64,000 nucleotides of DNA from Eledone cirrhosa (GCA_964016885.1 OZ024740.1:413478001-413542000), one strand, 5' to 3'. Counted from the stretch's first letter, positions 30,678 to 44,998 are shown. The notes: a model not told the origin generated them from the sequence alone. Made by a program: numbers and translations.

Positions 30678-32504
30678 TGTTACTCTATATTATCAGTAAG
30701 TGAAACAACTTCATCTTACTCTATATTATCAGTAAGTCATACAACTTCAGTCTGACTCTATATTATCAGAAAATGAAACAACTTCAGTCTTACTCTATAT
30801 TATCAGTAAGTCATACAACTTCAGTCTGACCCTATATTATCAGTAAGTGAAACAACTTCAGTCTTACTCTATATTATCAGTAAGTCATACAACTTCAGTC
30901 TGACTCTATATTATCAGTAAGTGAAACAACTTCAGTCTTACTCTATATTATCAGTAAGTCATACAACTTCAGTCTGACTCTATATTGTCAGAAAGTGAAA
31001 CAACTTCAGTCTTACTCTATTTTATCAGTAAGTCATACAACTTCAGTCTGACTCTATATTATCAATAGGTGAAACAACTTCAGTCTTACTCTATATTATC
31101 AGTAAGTCATACAACTTCAGTCTGACTCTATATTATCAGAAAGTGAAACAACTTCAGTCTTACTCTATTTTATCAGTAAGTGAAACAACTTCAGTCTGAC
31201 TCTATATTATCAGAAAATGAAACAACTTCAGTCTTACTCTATATTATCAGTAAGTCATACAACTTCAGTCTGACCCTATATTATCAGTAAGTGAAACAAC
31301 TTCAGTCTTACTCTATATTATCAGTAAGTCATACAACTTCAGTCTGACTCTATATTGTCAGAAAGTGAAACAACTTCAGTCTTACTCTATTTTATCAGTA
31401 AGTCATACAACTTCAGTCTGACTCTATATTATCAATAGGTGAAACAACTTCAGTCTTACTCTATATTATCAGTAAGTCATACAACTTCAGTCTGACTCTA
31501 TATTATCAGAAAGTGAAACAACTTCAGTCTTACTCTATTTTATCAGTAAGTGAAACAACCTCAGTCTTACTCTGTAATATCAGAAAGTGAAACAACTTCA
31601 GTCTTACTCTATAATATCAGTGAGTGAAACAACTTCAGTCTAACTCTTATATTATCAGTGAGTGAAACAACTTCAGTCTTACTCTATATTATAAGTAAGT
31701 GAAACAACTTCAGTCTTACTCTATATTATCAGAAAGTGAAACAACTTCAGTCTTACTCTAGAATATCAGTAAGTGAAATAACTTCAGTCATACTCTATAA
31801 TATCAGTAAGTGAAACAACTTCAGTCTTACTCAATATTATCAGTACGTGTAACAACTTCAGTCTTACTCTATAATATCAGTAATTTAAACAACTTCAGTC
31901 TTACACTTATATTATCAGTATGTGAAACAGCTTCAGTCTTACTCTATATTATCAGTAGGTGAAACAACTTCAGTGTTACTCTATATTATCAGTAAGTGAA
32001 ACAACTTCAGACTTACTCTATATTATCAGTAAGTGAAACAACTTCAGTCTTACTCTATATTATCAGTAAGTGAAACAACTTCAGTGTTACTCTATCTTAT
32101 TAGTAAGTGAAACAACTTCAGTGTTACTCTATATTATCAGTAAGTGAAACAACTTCAGACTTACTCTATAATATCAGTGAGTGAAACAACTTCAGTCTTA
32201 CTCTATATTATCAGTAGGTGAAACAACTTCAGTGTTACTCTATATTATCTGTAAGGGAAAGAACTTCAGTCTTACTCTATATTATCAGTAGGTGAAACAA
32301 CTTCAGTCTTACTTATATTATCAGTAAGTGAAACAACTTCAGCCTTACTCTATAATATCAGTAAGTGAAACAACTTCAGTCTTACTGTATATTATCAGTA
32401 GGTGAAACAACTTCAGTCTTACTCTATATTATCAGAAACTGAAACAACTTCAGTCTTACTCTATAATATCAGTAGGTGATACAGCATCAGTGTTACTCTA
32501 TATT

Positions 32505-32714
32505 TGTTTCTACTTTTAGGCACAAGGCCAGCAATAACCCAGTTCATTACTGGTACTTTATTTTATCGACCCCGTTAGAATGAAAGGCAAAGTCAACCTC
32601 GGCGGGATTTGAACTCAGATCGTAAAGGGACGTAACAATGCTGGAAAGCATGGCGTCCGATCCTCTACCGATACTGCCAATCCATCGTCTACCGATACTG
32701 CCAATCCACCGCAT
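32505..32714 (-). mobile_element. SINE in satellite (copy 11)
   Basis: Same insertion register. Carries the GGGATTTGAACTCAGATCG variant and slightly decayed flanks. Confidence 0.9.
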
Positions 32715-34925
32715 TGTTATTATATATTATCAGTAAGTCATACAACTTCAGTCTCACTCTATATTATCAGTAAGTGAAACAACTTCAGTGTTACTCTATA
32801 TTATCAGTAAGTGAAACAACTTCAGTCTCACTCTATATTATCAGTAAGTGAAACAACTTCAGTGTTACTCTATATTATCCGTAAGTGAAACAACTTCAGT
32901 CTTACTCTATATTATCAGTAAGTCATACAACTTCAGTCTCACTCTATATTATCAGTAAGTGAAACAACTTCAGTCTTGCTTTATATCAGTAAGTGAAACA
33001 ACTTCAGTCTTGCTTTATATCAGTAAGTGAAACAACTTCAGCCTTACTCTATATTATCAGTAAGTGAAAATACTTCAGTGTTACTCTATATTATCAGTAA
33101 GTGAAACAACTTCAGTGTTACTCTATTTTATCAGTAAGTGAAACAACTTTAGTCTTACTCTATATTATCAGTAAGTGAAACAGCTTCAGTGTTACTCTAT
33201 AGTATCAGTAAGTGAAAATACTTCAGTGTTACTCTATATTATCAGTAAGTGAAAATACTTCAGTGTTACTCTATATTATCAGTAAGTGAAACAGCTTCAG
33301 TGTTACTCTATATTATCAGTAAGTGAAAATACTTCAGTGTTACTCTATATTATCAGTAAGTGAAACAGCTTCAGTGTTACTCTATATTATCAGTAAGTGA
33401 AAATACTTCAGTGTTACTCTATATTATCAGTAAGTGAAACAGCTTCAGTGTTACTCTATATTATCAGTAAGTGAAAATACTTCAGTGTTACTCTATATTA
33501 TCAGTAAGTGAAAATACTTCAGTGTTACTCTATATTATCAGTAAGTGAAACAACTTCAGTGTTACTCTATATTATCAGTAAGTGAAACAACTTTAGTCTT
33601 ACTCTATATTATCAGTAAGTGAAACAGCTTCAGTGTTACTCTATAGTATCAGTAAGTGAAACAACTTCAGTCATACTCTATATTATCTGTAAGTGAAACA
33701 GCTTCAGTGTTACTCTATAGTATCAGTAAGTGAAACAACTTCAGTCATACTCTATAATATCAGTAGGTGAAACAGCTTCAGTGTTACTCTATATTATCAG
33801 TAAGTGAAACAACTTCAGTCTTACTCTATATTATCAGTAAGTGAAACAACTTCTGTCTTACTTTATATTATCAGAAAGTGAAACAACTTCAGTCATACTC
33901 TATAATATCAGTAAGTGAAACAATTTCAGTGTTACTCTATATTATCAGTAAGCGAAACAACTTGAGTCATACTCTATAATATCAGTAGGTGAAACAGCTT
34001 CAGTGTTACTCTATATTATCAGTAAGTGAAACAATTTCAGTCTTACTCTATATTATCAGTAAGTGAAACAACTTCAGTCTTACTCTATATTATCATTAAG
34101 TGAAACAACTTTAGTCTTACTCTATATTATCAGAAAGTGAAACAACTTCAGTCTTACTTATATTATCAGTAAGTGAAACAACTTCAGCCTTACTCTATAT
34201 TATCAGAAAGTGAAACAACTTCAGTCTTACTCTATTTTATCATTAAGTGAAACAACTTTAGTCTTACTCTATATTATCAGAAAGTGAAACAACTTCAGTC
34301 TTACTTATATTATCAGTAAGTGAAACAACTTCAGCCTTACTCTATATTATCAGAAAGTGAAACAACTTCAGTCTTACTCTATATTATCAGTAAGTGAAGC
34401 AACTTCAGTCTTACTCTATATTATCAGTAAGTGAAGCTTCTTCAGCCTTACTCTGTATTATCAGTAAGTGAAACAACTTCAGTCTAACTCTATATTATCC
34501 GTAACTGAAGCAACTGGATTGATAAAGGTGATTGGCATTGTTTAGATAATTAATAATTCAGTAACTTCGTCCGGATGTAAACGAGTATTTTAATGGAAGT
34601 CATTCCCTTCATTTCAGACATTACTGAATATTCATTAAGGTTAAAGAGGTGAAAATAGTTTTAATCGTATAACAGACTTGTTCAGGGCTGAAATTAATTC
34701 CCTTCCACTCAATTCATCTCAGCTGACAATAAAGTTACTTTATCCCTTGTCTAGCGTTATAATTCAAATGGTACATATGCTTGTGTAAGTGTGTGTTCAT
34801 GAATAAACACCCGCATCCACACACACACACTGCCAGTGTCATTCATAGTTATGGCGATCTAAATGTTTATTCATAAATATTACCGTATTTCTTCAGAAAT
34901 ACGAAATTCAAATACATTCATGTAG

Positions 34926-34961
<36 letters not shown>

Positions 34962-35549
34962 ATGAGAAGAATGAATACTGCGTGGTTGCACATAGGTTAC
35001 ATATGATAAAAATAGTCCTTCATCAGTGATTTTCCAACCTTCATTGGTATTTGATCGCTTTAAAAATCATATACCTCCAGTTGGTGCGAGCAATAGCTAA
35101 ATAAAGCTATTGGGACAAGTAACTGGCGTAAAGCGAGCGAGACAAGCAAACAAACATACAAGGATAGCAACGCAAAGATAGGAAGAAACAAGCACGTGGA
35201 GTCCGATCAGCTTAATCTGTGTGGATTTCATGGGCGAGAGACAAGAGACTGTGCGACGCGAGTGAGGTGTGAGCTATAAAGGACCCCTCTTCAGGCCTAA
35301 CGGGAAGAAGTGAGCAGGGGAGAAGCAGAGAGTGAGTGAGTGGAAGTGCGAGGAAGAGGCTAGTCGAGAGAAAGTGTAACTGACAGAGGGGGCGAAAGAA
35401 AGTGAGAGAAACAGAGAGAAGGGGGAAGCAGTAAGAGAGAAACAGACAAATATATATATATATATATATATATAAGTAGTAACACAGCAGTTGTGGTACT
35501 GCTTCTACCAAACTCGTCCCATGGACTGAGTGCTCTCTCTATATCTATC

Positions 35550-36360
35550 TTGTGTTGAGTCATAAATAATTTCCGTTTTGTTAAAGATAAGTTGTAAAAA
35601 TACCGATGTTTTAAACACAACCGGAAATTACCTGATTACATTAGAGAAAGAATGTGTAGCATAATTTAATCTATGATTTCACGCTCCTACAATGGAGGAA
35701 CGGAAAGTACATATTCGACACGTAATGTTGTGGGAGTTTAAGAATTAAAAAAAATCACTAGGGAAACGGCTAATAAAATTGTAGTGTTTATGTCGAAGCT
35801 GTCATTATTGACCGCCAAGTCCAAAATTGTTTCTTTTAATTTTCGTTCTGAAGTTTCGTCTTTGAGAGATGAACCAAAACCAGGACGCTCATCAGACCAC
35901 GCACGATTCATTTAGACAATTGGTGGAATACATTCCACGCAAAAGTATTCGAGAATTAGCACTTGATCTCAACACCTGATCTCAAAAGATAGGAAAAGTA
36001 AGCAAGCTGGGCGTTTGGATTATTCATACCCTTAATGAGAAGAAAAGGAAGATCGCTTATCGATAGCGATAAGTCTTCTTTCGGGAGAAATTACCAGTTT
36101 CTAAAGATTATTATTACAGGTGATGAAAAATGGGTCTTTATGACAATGTCAAACCACCAAAGCAGTGGATTAACAAGAATACATCTCCGCAGCCTCACCT
36201 CAAAGGTGGAGCTTCATGGACTAAACGTTATGCTTTGTGTAGGTGGGATCACAGCGGTATTATTCATTTTGAGGGTTTAAACCGCAATCAGACATTAAAT
36301 ACAGTCCTATACTCTCAACTGCTGCAAGGTGTGCATGAAGATCTTCTACGAAAACAACCC
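35550..36360 (+). mobile_element. Decayed, 3'-truncated mariner (Tc1/mariner) transposon
   Basis: ATG at 35692 gives MEERKVHIRHVMLWEFK. Later frames give IITGDEKWV/YDN and WDHSGIIHFE, which are mariner transposase motifs. Stops and frameshifts are present. A degenerate TIR-like sequence lies at ~35550-35580. Confidence 0.85.
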
Positions 36361-36365
36361 ATAGG

Positions 36366-36471
36366 GAAGAAAGGCAAAGACAACCTCGGCGGGATTCGAA
36401 CTCACCCCGTAAATGACCGTAACTCTATGTCGCAAAGCATTTTGTCCGACACTTTACCGATACTGCCAATC
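36366..36471 (-). mobile_element. 5' half of the same SINE family
   Basis: GAAAGGCAAAGACAACCTCGGCGGGATTCGAACTC...GATACTGCCAATC aligns with the satellite SINE. Confidence 0.8.
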
Positions 36472-36686
36472 AAAATACCCAGTATGTAGAAAATACATAT
36501 TAGTCGAGAATTAGTGTTGATATATATGAATGATAAAATAGGATACATCTGAATAAAGTAAAATAAAATAAAGATTAGGTTGGAGATAGATGAGCATTAA
36601 ATAAACCATCACAAGCGGAAAGTATTTGGTAGAGAAGTAGAAACAAAGGACAGAAAAGAGGAGATAAACATACCAAAAAATACAAC

Positions 36687-36891
36687 AACATAAAGTAGGG
36701 ATGTACCAAGTATATTAGGGAGGCTCGGATTAGAGGGATGTACCACATATATTAGGGAGGCTCGGATAAGAGGGATGTACCACATATATTAGGGAGGCTC
36801 GGATAAGAGGGATGTACCACATATATTAGGGAGGCTCAGATAAGAACATAAAGCAGGGATGTACCAAGTATATTAGCGATGCTCGGATAAG
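36687..36891. repeat. Minisatellite, 37-bp unit AGGGATGTACCACATATATTAGGGAGGCTCGGATAAG, ~5 copies
   Basis: Units start at 36697, 36734, 36771 and 36808. A diverged unit starts at ~36855. Confidence 0.92.
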
Positions 36892-37938
36892 TAAATCTGC
36901 TGTTTAGTGATTAATGATAATTGACCTTGCTTTAACGGCCGATATCGTTTAAACAACCAGCGATTACTTATAATAAACTTGTGTATCGTTATATGAAAAT
37001 GCCTATTATGATTAATTATAGATAATATATTACAATATTTATTACATAATTAATCACAATTTTCGCTCTATTATTTGAGAGCAACTGTTGATAAAATCCA
37101 CCTGGTTATTCATGCAAAATTTGGCTATGCTCTGATCATGGAGAAATGTTGATGTCTTCAGATTATAATGTACGGGTTTTTAAATATAATCATTAAATCT
37201 TATTGTTTGTTTTAGTAAGATGAATCATTATTATTTGCTTTGCTATCAAGCAAAATCTTACAGTACATGCATTATTTCAGCATCGTATATCCACATAAAA
37301 CTAAGGATGACACACTTGATATTCTGAAAAACATGTTTCAATTATAATCCTTGAGTTAGCTCGTATCAATGGCAATTGAAAACAGTTGGGTATTTCATGA
37401 TATAGCCAAAAGCAAATATAATGTTAACGATGTTTTTCAATCGTGATAAACATGGTAACACTACATTTGAATTTTCTTCAATCTCTATATATTATATCAA
37501 GCCTAATATACCACGAGTCAGGAAGATAATATTGAAAACTATTATACCTATACAAAAATATGTGATTGTCCTGACTGGAATGTCGTCAGTTATTTTGTCT
37601 CACTACAAAAAAAAAGAAGTAGGAGCAGCTTAACTCACATAGGTGTCTCTGAAATTACCAGAAAATGATTAATCCTTAAAACAAAAATCAGTAATTTATA
37701 TGTTGGTATACAAAGAGGGTATCACTTAATTCATATCAAATAGTATCTATCTTTCGTATCACCGCAGGTTAGGATGATTTAAACAAAATTAATCCATTTT
37801 TTATACCTGTCACAAACTAACCGCAATGCAATACATCAAAAAGACCACAATAATGTGTTGTATACAAATGTCCATGCAAACCAGTGTGATGCACCCCATG
37901 GTTTTTTCATGCAGTTAATTACCAGGAAATATTTACAA

Positions 37939-38137
37939 GACGAGGAGTTGGCCGAAACGTTAGAACATTAGGTAAAATCTTTTGCGGTGTTTGTTCCGTT
38001 CTCAGTTTAAACACTGCGGAGGTCAACATTGCCTTTTAACACCCGGCTTCGTTAAAAGAACTACCATACAAGTACTGGGATCAATTTATTCATCATAATC
38101 CTACCTCTAAATTACTGGCCGTATGTCTTTAATAGAC
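37939..38137 (+). mobile_element. Old, diverged SINE related to the same family
   Basis: GAGTTGGCCGAAACGTTAG...GCGGAGGTCAACATTGCCTTT...AGTACTGGGATC...CTGGCCGTATGTC is colinear with the head, core and tail of 61085-61275. Confidence 0.6.
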
Positions 38138-39187
38138 AGGAAGGTCTAGTAAAATTGCACACTACATATGTTATGAATTAGGTGTTTACTCTCAAAATCC
38201 TAGAAAAATAGAAAAAAAAGTAATGCATTGTATATGTCAAGCTCACTATATTTTTCAATACTCGAAACGATGAACACCTTCAATAGTCACATATAAATGC
38301 AGTGGCCCAGGCACCACCATTAGAATTATATTCTCCTTTCACGATCATACGTTGACCTTTGTGATTAAAGACAGAGTTTCCTATAAACAATGTTAACATG
38401 CATGTCTGTGACCGTGAAGAGTCACTTTCCATTGTTTGCTCGGTACTTTTCTAAACATCTATATTGAAAACACACGCAGTACGAACACGAAGAAAATATA
38501 TTCAATCATCAACGAATCAACTTCATAGTCAAACATTTACTGACGAAATTGTGACAGTGTGCCTTTAATTAAGTATATATGCAAATTTAAGGTGGAATGG
38601 GCCTAACTTGCTTTCGGTAGATTTAAGGTGATAGTATGTGACAAGCCTGGTACTTTGAGTACAGGCACAGTGCATCCGATGGACTTTCAAACAATTTCCG
38701 TCTATCCAATTTAACTTACAATGTATGGGTTGATGTGATGTTATGGTGGATGACATTTATCCAAGAAGCCATGCATTGGAGCCGAAACCGAGGCCTGACG
38801 ATCACGAACCATTCAACTGTGTTGCGCACGCAAAATTTAAACATGTCTTAGGAGAACAACACAAGTAATATCCACGCATGCGAATATGCTGAATGTACGT
38901 TCGGCCAATAGAAAAAGATTCCATTTCCAACCGCTCAGAAATGGCCGTCGCTGAACCCTATACAGCAATGCAGAGAATACGTTAAATGCATTTGCACAAT
39001 ATGAAAACCTTATCATCCAAGTTACATTACAACTGTTCCATTAACCATAACCTGTTACGTCTTCTTCTTCTTCTTCTTCTGCTTCCCTTTTTTAATGTAT
39101 TTCATCTAGGCATTGACATAACGCACACGCGCATATATATGTTTGTGCATGTATATACATACACACACGCACACACACACATATGTA

Positions 39188-39430
39188 TCATCATCACCGT
39201 TTTACGTCCGTTCTTCCACGCTAGCATGGGTTAGACGGGTTGTCCTGTTGTGGGCAGTGTCTGGTCGGCTGACCATGCCTTGCTCATACAGGAACTGATC
39301 TGGCTTGATTTCTACAGCTGGATGCCCTTCCTAACACCAACCTCATTTACAGTGAGTGCTGGGTGCTTTTTCGTGGCGCCTACACGTCCACTTTACAGTG
39401 TGGGCTGGGTGCTTTTTTGCCGTGGCACCT
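39188..39430 (-). mobile_element. Probable RTE-related SINE or non-autonomous element
   Basis: GCTGGATGCCCTTCCTAACACCAACC is the antisense of the GGTTGG..AGGAAGGGCATCC motif recalled from RTE-type 5' regions and SINEs. A short (CAT)n tail lies at the left end. Confidence 0.5.
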
Positions 39431-40934
39431 CCACGACCACCTTGCGGTGGGGGGGGGGGGGCATATTGTTTATATGCTTCAGCATGTACCCATGGGAGGT
39501 CGGGTACCCTGTATTACTGCGTGATTTATTAAAATAACAGATTAAAGTCTTCAAATTTATTATTATTACTATATATATATTAAAGTAGAAAACAAATATA
39601 TGAAATATTTGTGAATATACGAGTTAAGACATATATAAACCTCTTACATGTTATGTACCTTATTTACTCTAATGTAATCTAAATATATCTATAATGAATA
39701 TACTATTGTTCAGTATGTGCTTCTATATTTAATATGAATACTTTCAATTGAAATTATTTAATTCAATTGTTCAAATGTTATATAACTGCTTCCGTTATTC
39801 TTTCATTTAATCAAATGCATCCAATTGATGTAAAGATGACATGCAACACTCGAGGCACTCTATATAACATTACAACTGACGTCTTTAACAAACCACACGT
39901 CATTCAAAGTATATCGGTAGGTTATCCTTATATGAGCAGGCTGATCTCTTGATCGAACAAATGATATACATATGTAGTTAGAAACGGAGGGAAGTTTACC
40001 ATATATTAATATAATTCAATTCTTCGCTTCATTATTGCAAATGTTTTCATCGCCAAAAATAACTGCGATATTGTAAAACCTGACGAATAGTAAAGATAAT
40101 TAGACGTTAACTAACCAGAATTATTCTCTGGCTGGACGCAGGGACAACATCCGACGTGAATTCATCATTAGTCATAAATTCTTCAGGAAAAAAAATCTTT
40201 GTATGTATATATATGTGTATATTTCACTGATAAAATAACAAGTCAGTCAATCATATCGGTGGCCTCCTCACAGTTCCGGCGAACAGAATAGGGAGGACAC
40301 CAGAATTCTCCACTCCCAAGGGTACAACCGCAAACCTGTCGGAGAGCGCGACCGGTTGTGCGCAGTAATATAATATAATTGCCACTCCTTATTGTATATT
40401 ACGGATATAAATGCCAATATAAATATAATTAATGATGAAGTTGATTGATCATCAACGAGGCACAAGTACTGTGTGCAACAGGAAGTAAAATCTGACTTAC
40501 ATTTTAATCCCTGGGCTGCTGTGGAATTTTTCCTCAAGCAAAATTCAATCACAATACATACATAAATATAGGATGGCTGCAAACTCTGTTAAGAGTATTG
40601 CAATCGCTTGTCAGATTATAGAGTTTACTGCACCTTTAGGCTACGGCCAGCCTCACAAACCCGTAACATACCTTGAACAAGCAATGCCTGTGCTTTAAAT
40701 GTATTTTTAAGTGGAGAAAAGCCTTGCACTCGAGTATCGAAAACGCTACCCGAAAAGGAGAACCTATCAATATCATCGGATGCTTCCGAAGCCGCGTGTT
40801 TTTTTTTTCAGAGGTTCCATCTCCTAGAAAGCTGTTGTGACAACAACTGGGGGCCTTTCTTTCCCAGGTAAATAGAAAATATATACATGCATACATATAT
40901 ACGTACATACATAAATACAAACATACATACACAT

Positions 40935-42425
40935 AATGTTACAACGTTCTCAAAGGATATGGGAATAGGAGTTTGGCCAGGATAAATGTTCATATATTAT
41001 TGTAAAGCGGTGAAAAACTACAACCCAATCTAGCAACATTTTTATCAATAGCCTAATTTTTTCACCGATATCTGACAAGAACTGCTACAGTTAACTAGGG
41101 ATAGATGAGAATATATCCTATAATGATATTTGCAACAAGGCACGTGTAACCATTGAATATTACATTCAATTAAGAAAAATATGGCCATCGGAAATCGCTG
41201 TGCACAATAAAACAGTGGCTCACAATCTGTTTGAAGTGTCTGTCCTAACATGAACGTTTGGAATACTCGATTGAACGATAGACGAAATCCGAGCTATTGA
41301 GGTTAAAACTCGAAAAATCCTAAACAATACCGGAAACCTCAACATCAACAGTGACATAGACCGTCTCTACTTGAAACGAAAGCAGTGAGGCAGAGGCCAA
41401 ACATAAGTCCAGACAGCATTTGAGTGTCGACACATATCCCTCCAACAAAATGTACGAACCTCCAAGCGTAGGAGCCGATATATTGAACAGGTCTGTCTAC
41501 ATGAGACAGATAAGATCATGAAGGGTGGGAAGGAAGGAGCTCCTTGAAAGATACTACAAACATGTTAAACAAAAGCCTCACACCCAGGGAAATTGCCCAG
41601 CAATACTGCAGTTAATCCATGGATGGAAAGCTGCATGATTATCAGCAAAATGTCATGCATGGATTTGTTGCCAGGAAGATCAAGATTGAAAGTAATATAG
41701 ATAACCAAAGTAGTCTATCTTGGAACAACCACTATATTAGCTTTTACTTTGAAGTCTATGATTTTGCATTCCAAGATGAGGAAATCAATACAAAATACTT
41801 GATTCACAAAGATATGGGGATGCAGGCAAAACACCTAGATGTGACAAGTGCAGATTCTGCAGAATTAACATCGAAGATGTCACCCTTCTCATAACCAGCT
41901 GCCCAAAGATGTCATCGTGATACTATTTATGAGGCATGATGTAGTGGCCAAAACACCATACAATGCCATCCAGAGAAAAGATAGCCCTGGCAATAAACAA
42001 TTGTATTAAATTAACAATTAAAACAATATGGACCATACACAATATGAAAGAGTAGTGGTGGAATGTTCCAGTAAAAACCCCAATAAAATACAGGCATAAC
42101 AGACCAGATATTATTATATGGGACAGGGAAAAGAAGGCATGCACAATAGTGGAAGATAGCTGCCAAGCAGATGCCAATATAATATCAAAGATTAGCAAAA
42201 AGAAGAATATATATGCAGAAATAATGAGGAATCTACAGATTTTCTCACCTGACTATACCTTCAAATTTATACCTGTGATTATTGGGTCACTTGGATATGT
42301 TATAACTGCCTCAGCACAAGTTCTGAGAAGCTGGACTTCACAGAACAAGAATCTAACTAGTTAGAATATTACAAATACAATCCGTTAATGGAAATTTAAA
42401 AATATGTAAAATATTCTAAAAATGC
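40935..42425 (+). pseudogene. Decayed 3' part of an R4/Dong-clade non-LTR retrotransposon (RT thumb to restriction-like endonuclease)
   Basis: Manual translation gives FGQDKC, SDIDRLYLKRKQ*GRG, RPDIIIWD...IVEDSC and FIPVIIGSLG. These are colinear with the ORFs at 55103-56611 but divergent, with many stops. Confidence 0.85.
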
Positions 42426-43287
42426 TGCATGTAACTACTGCATATACACTTGTACAGATACAACTCAAAATGTCCACATCCACATATATATACAATAACA
42501 TCCATACCTGCACACACATGTACGCATGCAGACATGAGTCATATCAACCTAGTTGAGGTTGTGTAAATTCGAATCAAAGAGCCTTGTGTTTATCACAGAA
42601 ACCGACTCTTTCTCTATTGTTAAATATTTATGAAATTATAAAACCGGAAGAACATACTTACATATATAGATACATATATATCAGGTATGTGTGTGCGTGT
42701 GTATGTGTGTGTATATGTCTGTGTATGTGTGTGTATATGTGTGTGTATGTGTGTGTCTGTGTCTGTGTATGCGTGCGTCTGTATCTGTGAATTTACGAGT
42801 TCTTGTAAGTTGTTTACACCTGTATAACACACGGTTTTTTTTTTTAATCATTGTATTCTTTGTTTCGTATAACTATGGGGCGTCCTTCAGCAAGATGTTT
42901 TACTGTACGCTGCTGCATTCCAAGTAGCTGGAAAAAAGGAGTTGTACCTGTAATTCAATGGATCAGCCTTAACACACATTGTTAAAGATACAAATGTCTG
43001 TGGAATACTCAGCGACAAAGCGATTGGTTTCACAAGCAGGCAGATTCTGGTACATCTATCGCTTCCATCGCTGAGACAATGACCATGGTCCAACAGGAAC
43101 ATCAACAATATACATACACACACGCACACACACATATATATATATATTTTTTTTTCCGTTTATCGTTTTCGGTCCACACGGCCGATTAACCCACTCGATA
43201 TGCAAATTGAACTACTCAGCCGTTAATATGCATTAGCATAAGGAAAGTATATACTTTCGGACGTTCAATCATCTGTCAGGAAGACAT

Positions 43288-43330
43288 ACGTTGCTGACGA
43301 TAGCTAATAAGCTTGAAACTAGTACAGCGT
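43288..43330 (+). ncRNA. Minimal type I hammerhead ribozyme motif (Penelope-like)
   Basis: ACGTTG-CTGACGA-T-AGCT-AATA-AGCT-T-GAAA-CTAG-TA-CAGCGT. It has the conserved core, stem I with one G-U pair, stem II, a palindromic stem III and a GUA cleavage triplet. Confidence 0.75.
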
Positions 43331-43739
43331 TCCTTTGTTAGTGTTGAACAAAACGAGCAGCGGTGGTTGCTAGAAACTACGGCTTAATACGGGATGTTTG
43401 TTTACAAACACACCGAGCATTATAATAAATGTTCGGTGAGTCCATACGTACATATATATATGTGTGCATGTATGTATATATATATACATACTACTGTACG
43501 TTTGTATACATATATGTATGAACGTATACATACTTACATATATATATATTGGTAAAAGGAAAAGAAAATGCTGACAAATTTTTCCGAGTGAAAAATAGTT
43601 GAATTAGGAATAAGTAAAAATTAGTCATAAGTATTGGTTAGTATTCAGTTTTAGTTTTAAGTTTCTACAGTTTGCGCATTTCTAATGCTTTTCAAAAATA
43701 ATTTTGAGATAGAGCGCCCGTCATGTTTGCTCTAATCTG

Positions 43740-44790
<1,051 letters not shown>

Positions 44791-44967
44791 CATATTTAAG
44801 TATGTGCACTATCATATACATGCATAAATTTTCTAATACTCAATACTTAGGGTAGTACAGTGGGTAATATGAAAAGAGTCAGGAACCCGATGGCTGAGCT
44901 CCAGCCGTTTCGGCAGCTAGATCCTTACGTGTGCATATATATATATATATATAGAGAGATGTATCCC

Positions 44968-44998
<31 letters not shown>

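Larger units (their letters stand above)
1..34515. repeat. 37-bp satellite array, consensus GAAACAACTTCAGTCTTACTCTATATTATCAGTAAGT; continues beyond the left edge
   Basis: The period is read directly: ACAACTTCAG occurs at 1, 38, 75 and onward. Recurrent 34-, 36- and 38-bp variants occur. The array ends at ~34515 (GTAACTGAAGCAACT). Confidence 0.98.

Noticed and set aside
1-34515. CRISPR array (37-bp palindromic repeat ending GAAAC)
   Set aside because: Monomers are head-to-tail with no unique spacers, the only inserts are copies of one SINE, there are no cas genes, and the context is eukaryotic.
35022-35511. Possible hAT/MITE end (CAGTGATTTTCCAACC) and a GA-rich 99-aa ORF
   Set aside because: No matching second terminus was found, and the ORF is low-complexity.
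38640-38830. Possible decayed CORE-type SINE
   Set aside because: Similarity is from memory only and too degenerate to set boundaries.
40256-40890. GC-richer patch with hairpins, and a possible RTE C-terminal relic on the minus strand
   Set aside because: No complete ribozyme fold and no convincing protein motif.
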